Below are positions 16,777 through 25,800 of a DNA stretch of 32,000 nt, piece by piece. The DNA comes from Candidatus Brocadia sp. GTDB lineage: Bacteria > Planctomycetota > Brocadiia > Brocadiales > Brocadiaceae. The stretch is from the NCBI GenBank assembly GCA_021646415.1, contig SOEU01000011.1, forward strand, positions 73,385-105,384, in the 5' to 3' direction. The notes under the pieces were generated by a model. The model saw only the letters and a program-made list of their open reading frames with translations. It made no database searches and was not told the DNA's origin. A program made the translations under genes and the position numbers. How positions within the stretch are numbered: position 1 is the stretch's first letter; each line of letters starts with the position of its first letter.

Positions 16777-16792
16777 ATAAGAAACCATTACA

Positions 16793-18490
16793 ATGAATAA
16801 TGAAGCAAAGATTGCCTATTTTTCCATGGAAATCGGCCTCTCCAATGACATACCAACTTACAGCGGCGGCCTGGGTGTCCTTGCCGGAGATACCATAAAA
16901 TCAAGTGCCGATCTCAAGATACCACTTGTTGCCGTCACGCTGATCTCAAAAAAAGGATACTTTCGTCAAGACATCGCCAGCGACGGAAAACAAATTGAAT
17001 CTCCTATAGATTGGGATCCATCTAAGTTTATGGTACGGCTGCCTAAAAAAGTTAAGGTTCAAATTGAAGATCGCAACGTTTTTGTTCAAGCCTGGTGCTA
17101 CCGTGTGCGAAGTATTACTGGCGGAGAAGTGGATGTCCTCTATCTCGATACAGATATTGAGGAGAACGTAAAAGAAGACAGAGAGATTACCGCCTTTTTA
17201 TACGGAGGCGATGTGCACTACCGGCTTAAACAGGAGGTCGTACTCGGCATTGGAGGGGTGCGCATGCTCCATGCCCTTGGATTCCATATCAAAAAATACC
17301 ATATGAACGAAGGGCACGCCAGCTTATTGGTTCTGGAATTGCTTTTGATGCACAAGAAAGATGTTGAAAGTGTTTGGGACGAACGATGGATCTGGGATAC
17401 AGATACCGTGAAAGACTTGTGTGTGTTCACGACCCATACCCCCATCGAAGCAGGTCATGATCGGTTTTCTTATGACCTCGTAAATAAAGTTCTGGGCGAT
17501 ATTGTCCCATTAGAGCTATTGAAAAGACTTGGAGGTGAACACTATCTGAATATGACGCTCCTTGCATTGAACCTGAGTAAATATGTTAATGGCGTTGCCA
17601 AAAAGCACGGTGAAGTTTCTAAAACCTTATTCCCTGGTTACGAGATCAATGCCATTACCAATGGTGTCCATTCATTTACATGGACGTGTGAAAGTTTTAA
17701 GCAATTGTACGACAAATACATCCCCAGCTGGGCCAATGAACCAGAGTTATTTGTTCGTGCCGAAAATATTCCCGATGATGAACTGTGGGATGCTCATTTT
17801 CGCGCTAAAAAGGACTTAGTTAACTATGTAAAGGAGGTAACTGCTATCGAGTTAAGTCCGGATATTTTAACCATTGGATTTGCAAGGAGATTTACTTCAT
17901 ACAAGAGGGCCGATTTACTATTTTTAAATCTGGAACGGCTTTTAAAAGTGAGCGAAAAGGAAAAGTTTCAAATTATTTATGCAGGAAAGGCTCACCCAAA
18001 AGATATTCCTGGCAAAGACATCATAAAAAAAATTATTGAACTTGCAAAAAAAATTGATGATAAAATAAAAATTGTATTTTTAAAGGATTACAATATAGAA
18101 AAAGCCCTAAAATTAGTCTCCGGAGTGGATGTCTGGCTTAATACACCTTTACGCCCGCGCGAGGCATCAGGTACTAGCGGCATGAAAGCAGCTCATAATG
18201 GTGTAATCAATTTTAGTATCCTGGATGGTTGGTGGATTGAGGGGCACATTGAGGGAATTACCGGGTGGTCTATTGGTCCCAAGCCATTAGAATCGTCTCT
18301 TACAAATGTTAACGATATGACAGACGCTGAGGATTTGTATAACAAATTGGAAAATATCATTATTCCGATGTATTATAAAGACAAAAATCAGTGGATAAAG
18401 ATTATGAAAAATTCTATTGGTAAAATTGCATATTATTTTAATACCCATCGCATGATGCGCCGGTATGTGACTGAAGCCTATATAAGATAG
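16793..18490 (+). CDS. glgP: Alpha-glucan (glycogen/maltodextrin) phosphorylase, short GT35 type
   Basis: AYFSMEIGL...PTYSGGLGVLAGDTIKSSADLKIPLVAVTLISKKGYFRQ and the PLP-lysine region PREASGTSGMKAAHNGVINFSILDGWW. Confidence 0.9.
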   Translation: MNNEAKIAYFSMEIGLSNDIPTYSGGLGVLAGDTIKSSADLKIPLVAVTLISKKGYFRQDIASDGKQIESPIDWDPSKFMVRLPKKVKVQIEDRNVFVQAWCYRVRSITGGEVDVLYLDTDIEENVKEDREITAFLYGGDVHYRLKQEVVLGIGGVRMLHALGFHIKKYHMNEGHASLLVLELLLMHKKDVESVWDERWIWDTDTVKDLCVFTTHTPIEAGHDRFSYDLVNKVLGDIVPLELLKRLGGEHYLNMTLLALNLSKYVNGVAKKHGEVSKTLFPGYEINAITNGVHSFTWTCESFKQLYDKYIPSWANEPELFVRAENIPDDELWDAHFRAKKDLVNYVKEVTAIELSPDILTIGFARRFTSYKRADLLFLNLERLLKVSEKEKFQIIYAGKAHPKDIPGKDIIKKIIELAKKIDDKIKIVFLKDYNIEKALKLVSGVDVWLNTPLRPREASGTSGMKAAHNGVINFSILDGWWIEGHIEGITGWSIGPKPLESSLTNVNDMTDAEDLYNKLENIIIPMYYKDKNQWIKIMKNSIGKIAYYFNTHRMMRRYVTEAYIR

Positions 18491-18563
18491 ATGGAAGTGT
18501 TCAGTTAACAGTAGTCAGCATTCAATTTGCCGTCACCACTCCCGATCGTTTGCAGATAAACGT

Positions 18564-19277
18564 ATGCAAAAAAATTCCCGAAAAATTAAAGCAATCATCC
18601 TTGATCTGGATGATACCCTTTATGACTGCAGCGGTACACTTGTATTACGGGGTCGAAGGCAGGTTGCTAAAACGATTGCCAGGATAATCAACTGCTCTGA
18701 AGACGAAGCATATAACCTGCAATTGAAAATGGAGAAAACGTATGGAAAGAAAGATAGCATCTACGAAAATATTGTATCACATTACAATCTTCCATATGCA
18801 TACGCAAAAGAATTGTTAGAAGAATTTATTCATGTAGATATCTCCAATATTACCCTCTTTTCTGGCGTAACAGACGCCCTGATACAACTGAAAGTGCAAG
18901 GCTACAAACTCATTCTCGTTACTTCCGGGGAGAAACAAATACAAAGAACGAAGATCGATCTGCTGGGTTTAAATAACGGTTACTTTGATGAGATTCTGAT
19001 TACGGATAGAAATAATGGACAGGCAAAAAAGGATTGCTTCCGGGAAATCATGCAGCGACATAATTTGAATCCTGAAGAAATTATCTGCGTGGGAGATAAG
19101 ATAGATGATGAATTAACCGCTAGCAAGTCCTTGGGGATGATTACAGTGATGTTGAAACACGGAAGACATTTTGAAGCATATCTAGAAGAGCCTTCTAAAT
19201 ACATCAAACCTGATTATTCTATCAAACATATTAAAGACCTTTTAGAATTAAAAATCATGAATTGTTTACCTATTTAG
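18564..19277 (+). CDS. HAD-superfamily hydrolase (subfamily IA-like)
   Basis: Motif I IILDLDDTLYD, motif II LVTSG, motif IV VGDKIDDE. Confidence 0.8.
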   Translation: MQKNSRKIKAIILDLDDTLYDCSGTLVLRGRRQVAKTIARIINCSEDEAYNLQLKMEKTYGKKDSIYENIVSHYNLPYAYAKELLEEFIHVDISNITLFSGVTDALIQLKVQGYKLILVTSGEKQIQRTKIDLLGLNNGYFDEILITDRNNGQAKKDCFREIMQRHNLNPEEIICVGDKIDDELTASKSLGMITVMLKHGRHFEAYLEEPSKYIKPDYSIKHIKDLLELKIMNCLPI

Positions 19278-19299
19278 CGTATTTTAAGGAGACCTATTA

Positions 19300-19773
19300 C
19301 TACACTACCATCCCAATAATGACTCCTTCAAATACGAGTTTTCCATTTACCACACCTTGAGTATCAAAGACGGCCCTGCGTGAACGCAATTCCTTGTTTT
19401 TTGCAATGAGAATAAGTTTGTCGCCAGGGATAACTTTTCCACGGAATTTTACTTTATCGATACCACCAAAGCCAAGGAAGCGGTCGTCCTGTGTGGTTTT
19501 TTTGTAATAATAGGTACATAACTGTGCGGCCGCTTCAAGCATAATTACCCCAGGCATCAGGGGACGGCCAGGAATGTGTCCCTGCACCCAAAATTCACTA
19601 TTCGAAATGTCTTTATAACCTATTATAATTTTATTTTCAGGATCAAATTTTATAATGCCGCTCAATTGTTCCATCTCATATCGGTGCGGTATGACGGCAC
19701 GAATAGCCTCGATACCCACTGTCGGTTTATTTAAATCCAAATTGTTTAAATCAGTTAAAATGTCCTGTGGCAT
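19300..19773 (-). CDS. Second FabZ/FabA-like 3-hydroxyacyl-ACP dehydratase
   Basis: IPHRYEMEQL...SEFWVQGHIPGRPLMPGVIMLEAAAQ has the catalytic His and Glu positions conserved. The ORF-track start at 19818 is GTG; I prefer the ATG at 19773 (MPQDILTDL...), but the start is uncertain. Confidence 0.85.
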   Translation of the reverse strand: MPQDILTDLNNLDLNKPTVGIEAIRAVIPHRYEMEQLSGIIKFDPENKIIIGYKDISNSEFWVQGHIPGRPLMPGVIMLEAAAQLCTYYYKKTTQDDRFLGFGGIDKVKFRGKVIPGDKLILIAKNKELRSRRAVFDTQGVVNGKLVFEGVIIGMVV

Positions 19774-19911
19774 ATGATACACGAGAAAATTATTTGTAAA
19801 AACCGGCAAATAAAGCACACTATTTTGTTTGATTCAAAATATTAATAATGATTCGTTATCGTGTCAATGAAAATCTCATAGAGCAAGAAAAACATTCAGC
19901 AAAAAATATAA

Positions 19912-19940
19912 TTGACAACTACAATATATTTTGATATAAA
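19912..19940 (+). promoter_or_regulatory. Near-consensus sigma70-type promoter for the Cys-rich micro-ORFs
   Basis: TTGACA (19912-19917), exactly 17 nt spacer, TATAAA (19935-19940). Confidence 0.55.
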
Positions 19941-20026
19941 ACTTAACAGTGTCTGTTTTGGAGAAAAATTCTTGGTGGCCTCGTGGGTAGCATTTAGTTT
20001 TTTGCAATGTTTGCAACAAGGAGGTG

Positions 20027-20203
20027 ATGCTAGTGAAAAAATTATATGTTTCACTTATGGTATTTGGTACGCTAACGTTTGGAATCGGCTTAGTAAATGT
20101 ACCGACTCTTATAAAATCAGTAATTGCTGGTACATGCCAGTGCTCGGAAGGTTGCCCGTGCGGTCATTGTTTAAACAAAGCCAAGGATTGTTGTTGCAAA
20201 TAA
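20027..20203 (+). CDS. Micro-ORF A: exported cysteine-dense peptide (58 aa from ATG 20027, 56 aa from GTG 20033)
   Basis: AAGGAGG at 20018-20024. Product is (ML)VKKLYVSLMVFGTLTFGIGLVNVPTLIKSVIAGTCQCSEGCPCGHCLNKAKDCCCK: a hydrophobic leader followed by 8 Cys in the last 24 residues. Absent from the ORF track. Confidence 0.5.
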   Translation: MLVKKLYVSLMVFGTLTFGIGLVNVPTLIKSVIAGTCQCSEGCPCGHCLNKAKDCCCK

Positions 20204-20256
20204 TTAAGTACCGTACACAAGCTCATTACCTTAAATGATCCGAAAGGAGATTGAAA

Positions 20257-20418
20257 ATGTTAAAGAAGATTGGTATTACGATGGCTTTTGTGGGTGCATT
20301 AATGATCGGTGCATGTGTCACTACAATTTACGCTGCGCCTTGTGGTTGCCCAGAAGATATAAAGTGTAAAGAGGGTTGTGAAAAGGGGAAAACGGATCCT
20401 TGTATTTGTAAACACTAA
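20257..20418 (+). CDS. Micro-ORF B: exported cysteine-dense peptide (53 aa)
   Basis: AAAGGAGA (20243-20250) lies 6 nt before the ATG. Product is MLKKIGITMAFVGALMIGACVTTIYAAPCGCPEDIKCKEGCEKGKTDPCICKH: a classic signal peptide (K-K, hydrophobic core, IYA|AP) followed by 6 Cys in 27 residues. Absent from the ORF track. Confidence 0.55.
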   Translation: MLKKIGITMAFVGALMIGACVTTIYAAPCGCPEDIKCKEGCEKGKTDPCICKH

Positions 20419-20455
20419 GAATCCTAAAATTTTTAATTTAATGGTTTTATAACTC

Positions 20456-20493
20456 AAAAAGCGCCTTATATGATAAGGCGCTTTTTGATTTTC
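20456..20493 (+). terminator. Intrinsic terminator after micro-ORF B, 22 nt before rplM
   Basis: Stem AAAAAGCGCCTTA (20456-20468) / TAAGGCGCTTTTT (20474-20486), 5-nt loop, then GATTTTC. The T-run is part of the 3' arm. Confidence 0.7.
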
Positions 20494-20515
20494 ATCGTTT
20501 AAGGAATACAATGCA

Positions 20516-20950
20516 ATGAATACTTTTATGGCAAAAAAAGAGAATGTGAAAAGAAATTGGTACATAGTAGACGCCAACGATAAAATATTGGGGCGAATGT
20601 TAACCACAGTTTCCAGGGTTCTTCAAGGTAAGCATAAACCTGAATATACGCCTCACGTTGACGTAGGGGATTTTGTTATTATTACCAATGCGAGTAAGGT
20701 AAAGCTTACTGGGAAAAAGATGCAGGAGAAGGTTCACTATTATGTCACTGGTTTTCAAAGTGGTCTGCGAAAACGAATGGTTGGGAAAACCTTGGAAACT
20801 GCGCCAGAAAAGATACTTAGCCGATCAGTAAGAAGAATGTTGCCCAGATCGAGGCTGGGAAAGGATATGTTGAGAAAATTAAAGATTTATGCAGGTGCAG
20901 AGCATCCGCATCAGGCACAACAACCCAAAGAGTTGGTTATTCGTAATTAA
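20516..20950 (+). CDS. rplM: 50S ribosomal protein L13
   Basis: KRNWYIVDANDKILGRMLTTVSRVLQGKHKPEYTPHVDVGDFVIITNASKVKLTGKK is the L13 signature. Confidence 0.95.
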   Translation: MNTFMAKKENVKRNWYIVDANDKILGRMLTTVSRVLQGKHKPEYTPHVDVGDFVIITNASKVKLTGKKMQEKVHYYVTGFQSGLRKRMVGKTLETAPEKILSRSVRRMLPRSRLGKDMLRKLKIYAGAEHPHQAQQPKELVIRN

Positions 20951-20965
20951 TTCAAGGAGGAGAAA

Positions 20966-21361
20966 GTGGCAGAAGAACAATATATATGGGGTACAGGCAG
21001 GCGTAAATCATCTATTGCAAGGGTAAGAATAAAAAAGGGATTGGGGAAAATCCTGGTCAATAATAAGGATCTGGACACTTACTTTCCTATAGACCGGGAG
21101 AGAGGTATGGTACAGGTTCCCCTGAAGACCACGAAAACATTAGGGGAATTTGACGTATTGATAACCGTACAGGGAGGAGGTTTAACCGGACAGGCAGGTG
21201 CAATATCCCTTGGCATTGCACGTGCGCTTTCCAAATCGGACCCTTCCTTTATTGATAGTTTGCGTGAGGGTGGTTTCTTAACAAGAGACAGCAGAATGAA
21301 AGAACGGAAAAAATATGGCAAAAAGGGAGCAAGAAAGAGCTTCCAGTGGACAAAACGATAA
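20966..21361 (+). CDS. rpsI: 30S ribosomal protein S9
   Basis: GTG start with AAGGAGG at 20954-20960. GTGRRKSSIARVRI...GGGLTGQAGAISLGIARAL...GFLTRDSRMKERKKYGKKGARKSFQWTKR is the S9 signature. Confidence 0.95.
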   Translation: MAEEQYIWGTGRRKSSIARVRIKKGLGKILVNNKDLDTYFPIDRERGMVQVPLKTTKTLGEFDVLITVQGGGLTGQAGAISLGIARALSKSDPSFIDSLREGGFLTRDSRMKERKKYGKKGARKSFQWTKR

Positions 21362-21421
21362 TTTTTTGTTTTCCGTATTCACTTAGTTTTTTGAAAAATC
21401 TCAATAAAGTTAAGGTTGCAG

Positions 21422-21444
21422 ACCCTATACGAATAGGGTATTTT
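21422..21444 (+). terminator. Weak hairpin plus T-run downstream of rpsI (candidate terminator)
   Basis: ACCCTAT-ACGA-ATAGGGT followed by ATTTT. The stem is short and AT-rich. Confidence 0.3.
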
Positions 21445-21526
21445 CCCTGTACCAGACCATCATAAATCCTCAGATGTCGGGCAAGTATCCCCGATTGACA
21501 CCATCGCGATGATCGTGGAGCTTGCC

Positions 21527-21554
21527 TAGAGAGGGGATTTTTCACCCCTCTCTA
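21527..21554 (+). terminator. Strong GC-rich hairpin, alternative rpsI-operon terminator
   Basis: Perfect 10-bp stem TAGAGAGGGG / CCCCTCTCTA with an 8-nt loop. The downstream tail ATTGGTTATTCTTC is only moderately T-rich. Confidence 0.35.
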
Positions 21555-21932
21555 ATTGGTTATTCTTCAAAACCCTACCTTTTTAGTATATTCCTTATCT
21601 GAATTTCCTTATCCCATCTCAGATTATAGATATCCCCCATTTTAACATTGGCAGGATAAATGTTGCCCACCCAGTCGGGAAAAGGAAGGCCTGATGTCCA
21701 TACTTTGATCTATCGAAAACCTTTTCGTTTAAACTTGCTATATTCTATGCGGAAACAGCGCTATTTAAGAGTTGTTGCTTATGCTCCCTATCTTCGCCGA
21801 GAGCAAGATATTCCCTTGCAAAATCTGCAACCATTTCAGAAATCTTTTCTCTTTTTCTTTCCTTCAATTTTCCCCCCGGTGTTTAAGACTATAGTGAGCG
21901 TCTTAAAGAAGTTGATATTATTATCACTTCAT

Positions 21933-22002
21933 GTCATTCCCACGCAAGTGGGAATCCAGAAGAATAGCAGAAAGACTGGATTCCTGCTTTCGCAGGAATG
22001 AC
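21933..22002. repeat. REP-type inverted doublet (REPIN-like): two 27-nt hairpin elements in opposite orientation
   Basis: Left element is GTCATTCCCACGCAAGTGGGAATCCAG (21933-21959), right element is CTGGATTCCTGCTTTCGCAGGAATGAC (21976-22002). The revcomp of the right element matches the left at 22/27 positions, and the differences are compensatory within each 7-bp stem (ATTCCCA/TGGGAAT vs ATTCCTG/CAGGAAT). 16-nt spacer. Confidence 0.65.
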
Positions 22003-22154
22003 AACTTACTTTTGTCGTTGACTATAACTGTTGTCGGTTCCTTTTATTTCTTTTTGATTCTAAAATTGCTATTTTACATAGCATAGGCAAATTCTAAAAT
22101 CCCCCGCTTCCCTCTCACTACACTGCTCAATTTGGTGGCGGTTTCTCATTGTGG

Positions 22155-22880
22155 CTAGTAACTCCAATTCTCGTGGCGCAAAGGACTTTTATTCAACTCC
22201 TCTTTGTAAAATCTCCACTTTAGCAAATACGTATCCATGTAGGCGATAAATCTTTCATTATGATGACGTTCTAACAGATGCACCATTTCATGCACAATGA
22301 TATATTCAATACATTCTTTTGATTTTTTGGCCAGTTCAAGATTTAACCAGATCCTTTTTGCCTCTCTGTTACACGTACCCCATTTCGTCTTCATCTTTTT
22401 TATGGCATACTCAACACCGTCCAGTCTCATCTTTTTCTTCCAACAAGCAATATATTCGGGAACAATTTCCTTCAGTTTCTGGCGATACCATTCTTCCAAA
22501 ACAACCCGTTTTTTTTCTATGCTTGCGCCAGGTCTTACATACAATTCAAGAACGCTGTGCTTTAATATAACTTTTGGAGCAGCGTTATGCTCAAAAACTT
22601 TCAGCAGGTATCGCTTGCCCAGATAGTAATGACTTTCCTGTGTTAAAAATTCCCTTGGGGTTTCTCGTTCCTGACTGAGCAGTTTTTGCTGCTGTTTCTT
22701 TATCCAACTTAATTTTGATAGAGCGAAAACCCTAATAGTTTCAAGGTCCATGCGTAAGGGAGCGGAAATTCTTACCCTCCCTATTGGCGGATAAACACCC
22801 AGATGAATATTCTTAATATCCTTTTGAATTACATCAATAGGTAAATTACTCAATTGGATTTGCTGCATATCAATACTCAT
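22155..22880 (-). CDS. YgjP-like/DUF45 zinc metallopeptidase (M48-like), the usual type I R-M companion
   Basis: C-terminal HExxH in IIVHEMVHLLERHHNERF, preceded by KWGTCN. It overlaps the hsdR stop by 11 nt. Confidence 0.8.
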   Translation of the reverse strand: MSIDMQQIQLSNLPIDVIQKDIKNIHLGVYPPIGRVRISAPLRMDLETIRVFALSKLSWIKKQQQKLLSQERETPREFLTQESHYYLGKRYLLKVFEHNAAPKVILKHSVLELYVRPGASIEKKRVVLEEWYRQKLKEIVPEYIACWKKKMRLDGVEYAIKKMKTKWGTCNREAKRIWLNLELAKKSKECIEYIIVHEMVHLLERHHNERFIAYMDTYLLKWRFYKEELNKSPLRHENWSY

Positions 22881-25800
22881 TCTGCTGTTTTATGATCGGA
22901 AAAATACGCTCAACTTCATTGGCATCCTTTAAAATATCATAAAGCGCTTTTTTAATTTCTCTTTCCTTAGCATCATTACCACGCCAGTCAGCCTTCTTTA
23001 CATATCTGACGGCTTCATCCATTACAACGGCCAATTCCTCATCGTGATTGAGGTTGTTGTATAATGCCCGTCTGGCGTTACTGTTTTTTATACTTGCCGG
23101 CAAATTATCTCTTGCGGGATTATTTACCTTCTTTGCCAATTCAGCGATCTTCTTTAAATATGCTTCATAATTGATGGCATTTGTCTTTCTCTCTTTAACA
23201 ATTTCATGTAAAAGCTTTGACATTTCTTCAAAGTAAGCAGGGTCTATCAAATGCTCCTGTATGATTTTCTTCCGCACGTTGTTTTCAATAGTTTCCGCCA
23301 CTGCTTCTTTATTGCGTTTAATCCCTTCGGGCAAACTGTTGATGGCATCAGCAATGCCGGAATTAACGAGTAAATCCAGCAACGACATATTCGCAAAAGG
23401 AGAAATTGTCCTGGGTTCCTCCGCCTGTATGTAAGTGTCAATTAAATGCCGCATATCAGCTTCGTAGGTCTTCATATCGAGCGTTTCGCCGCTGGCATTC
23501 CTGATCTCTTCCCTGAGTTTCAAATAATAATCCACTTTCTTTTTGATATCTGCAATCTCTGCCTGGGTATAGCCTGCTTCTTCCATTTCCGCCGCGATAT
23601 TGGCATAAGCCCTTATGAGTGCCACCGTTTGTTTATAAAGAGACGTTCTCTTTACCTCATTGGACTTCAGGTCTTCTTCGTTTTCCGGATCACCACAGAA
23701 GTAGCGGATGTACGCCAGTGAGTCTTTTGGCGGCGCTACCGGTTCGCATAATAAGGCCATTTCTTCCAAGGCATTATCCAGCCGTTCCCTGCCTTTCTCC
23801 AGGCGGTCTTTTAATAACACATCCACGTCCCCTTTCTCAAACGTATCATAATCCAGTTCCGACGTGTACACAGCAACGGCATTTTCAACCTTTCTGAACA
23901 GGTCTTTATAATCAACAATGTAACCAAACTCCTTGTCATCGCTGTCCAGCCGGTTGACCCTGCAAATAGCCTGGAATAAGCCATGATCCTGCATGCTTTT
24001 GTCGATATAGAGATAGGTGCAGGGTGGCGCATCAAAACCGGTAAGGAGTTTATCAACCACGACAAGCAGTTTCATATTTGACGGCTCTTTTATAAACTTT
24101 TCCTTCGCCTCATCTTCGTATTTCTCGGTGGGCTTGTTTCCCAGCAACGATTTATAGATGTTATAGATATATTCCTTTTCCGTCTCTGTATTTGCGCCGG
24201 TATCTTCCGTTGTTATATCCCTTGTTGATGGATTGTATGAGGTAACAATGGCGCATTTGCCTTTCAACTCGGTAGTTTGAAACAGTTCAAAATACCTGCA
24301 TGCTTCATAAATACTTGATGCCACCAGAATGGCATTTCCCCTGTCCGAGTTCAAACGCGGTTTTACATTAAAATCAAACACGATGTCGCTTACGATCTTT
24401 TCCAGTCTGGAACGGGAACTCAGCACCTTCTGCATCGTACCCCATTTCTTCTTGAGCTCAGATTTTTGAAAGTCGTTCAAACCACGGGTCTTGGCTTCAA
24501 ACCATTCATCTATCTTTTGAGATGATGATATTTTCTGGTCGATATCACGGGCTTCGTACACCAAATCAAGCACCACTTCATCCGCAACCGCCTCGTTGAA
24601 CTTATAGGTATGAATGTATTTACCAAATACCTCAAGACTGGTTTGCTTATCTTGTTTTAAGAGTGGGGTTCCGGTAAAGCCAATAAAGATGGCATTTTTT
24701 AAAATTGCCTTCATCGTTTTGTGCAGCTTGCCCGATTGGGTACGGTGACACTCATCTACAAAGATAAATAATTCACCAACGGTATGGATGGGACTCCTTT
24801 TTAATTCTTCAATGAATGCATCAAAATTATCGACTCCCTTCCTGCCAAATTTATGCACCAGCGAACACAGCATGCGGGGCAATGCCTTGCCCAGTTGGTC
24901 CATCAGGTCTTTACCATTGCGGGTACGCACCATGCTTTCCCCAACATCGGTAAATATGCGTTCTATCTGTTTATCCAACTCGTCACGGTCGGTAATAATT
25001 ACCACGCGTGCATGGGGGTTGTTTTCAAGAATCCATTTGGCAAGCCACACCATTACCAGGCTTTTACCGCTGCCCTGCGTATGCCAGATAATTCCACCCT
25101 CTCGCCTTTTCGCATGCTCCTGTGCGGCCTTGACGCCAAAGTATTGATGCGGACGGCACAATTTTTTCATGCCGCCGTCAAACAGGGTAAAGTCGTAGAT
25201 GATTTCAAGAAACCTTCTTTTATCGCACAGTTTTACAAGGTATTTATCGAAGAGATTTTCTCCCTCGCCTTCTTCCTTCCACGTCAGAAAATATTTTTCA
25301 GGTGTCCCAATAGTACCATAGCGGAGCCCCTGGGTATCATTCCCGGCAAACACCCATTGAATGGTGGTAAAGAAGGACTGGATGAATTCTTTCTGCTGGT
25401 TGACAATATTCTGCCGGATACCGTCGCCTATGGAAATCGTGCTTCGTTTCAGTTCCAGCACCCCAAGTGCTACGCCGTTTACGTAGAGCACAATATCAGG
25501 GCGTTTTTCGTGATTGCCCCGGATAGTAACCTCTTCGGCAATGGCAAATTCGTTTTCAAGCGGGTGCTTCCAGTCAATAAGTTCAACGGTCTCATAGTTT
25601 TCACCGGCTTCTGCCTTGACTTTTACGCCGTAACGCAGCAGTTGATATACCTTTTTATTGGCGCTGTATAGACCATCGTTCAGGTTATTAGCCGCCTTGC
25701 CGAGTTCATATAAGGCTTTGTTGATAAGGGTATTATTGTAGCGTTTTCTCTCACGTAAATATTTACGAAGGATTGCTTCTTCAATATTGCTGTTGTTCTG

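Noticed and set aside
19912-20238. 108-aa plus-strand ORF from the track
   Set aside because: Its start codon (TTG) is the first triplet of the TTGACA -35 box. It has no RBS and a composition-driven sequence. It also overlaps, in another frame, a much better-supported micro-ORF with a strong RBS and signal peptide.
20299-20607. 102-aa minus-strand ORF
   Set aside because: It is antisense to micro-ORF B, the intrinsic terminator and the rplM start. It has no RBS and no recognisable motif.
21660-22001. 113-aa plus-strand ORF ending ...HVIPTQVGIQKNSRKTGFLLSQE
   Set aside because: The C-terminus is simply the translation of the REP-type hairpin doublet, the familiar pseudo-peptide artefact. The rest is low-complexity sequence with no start context.
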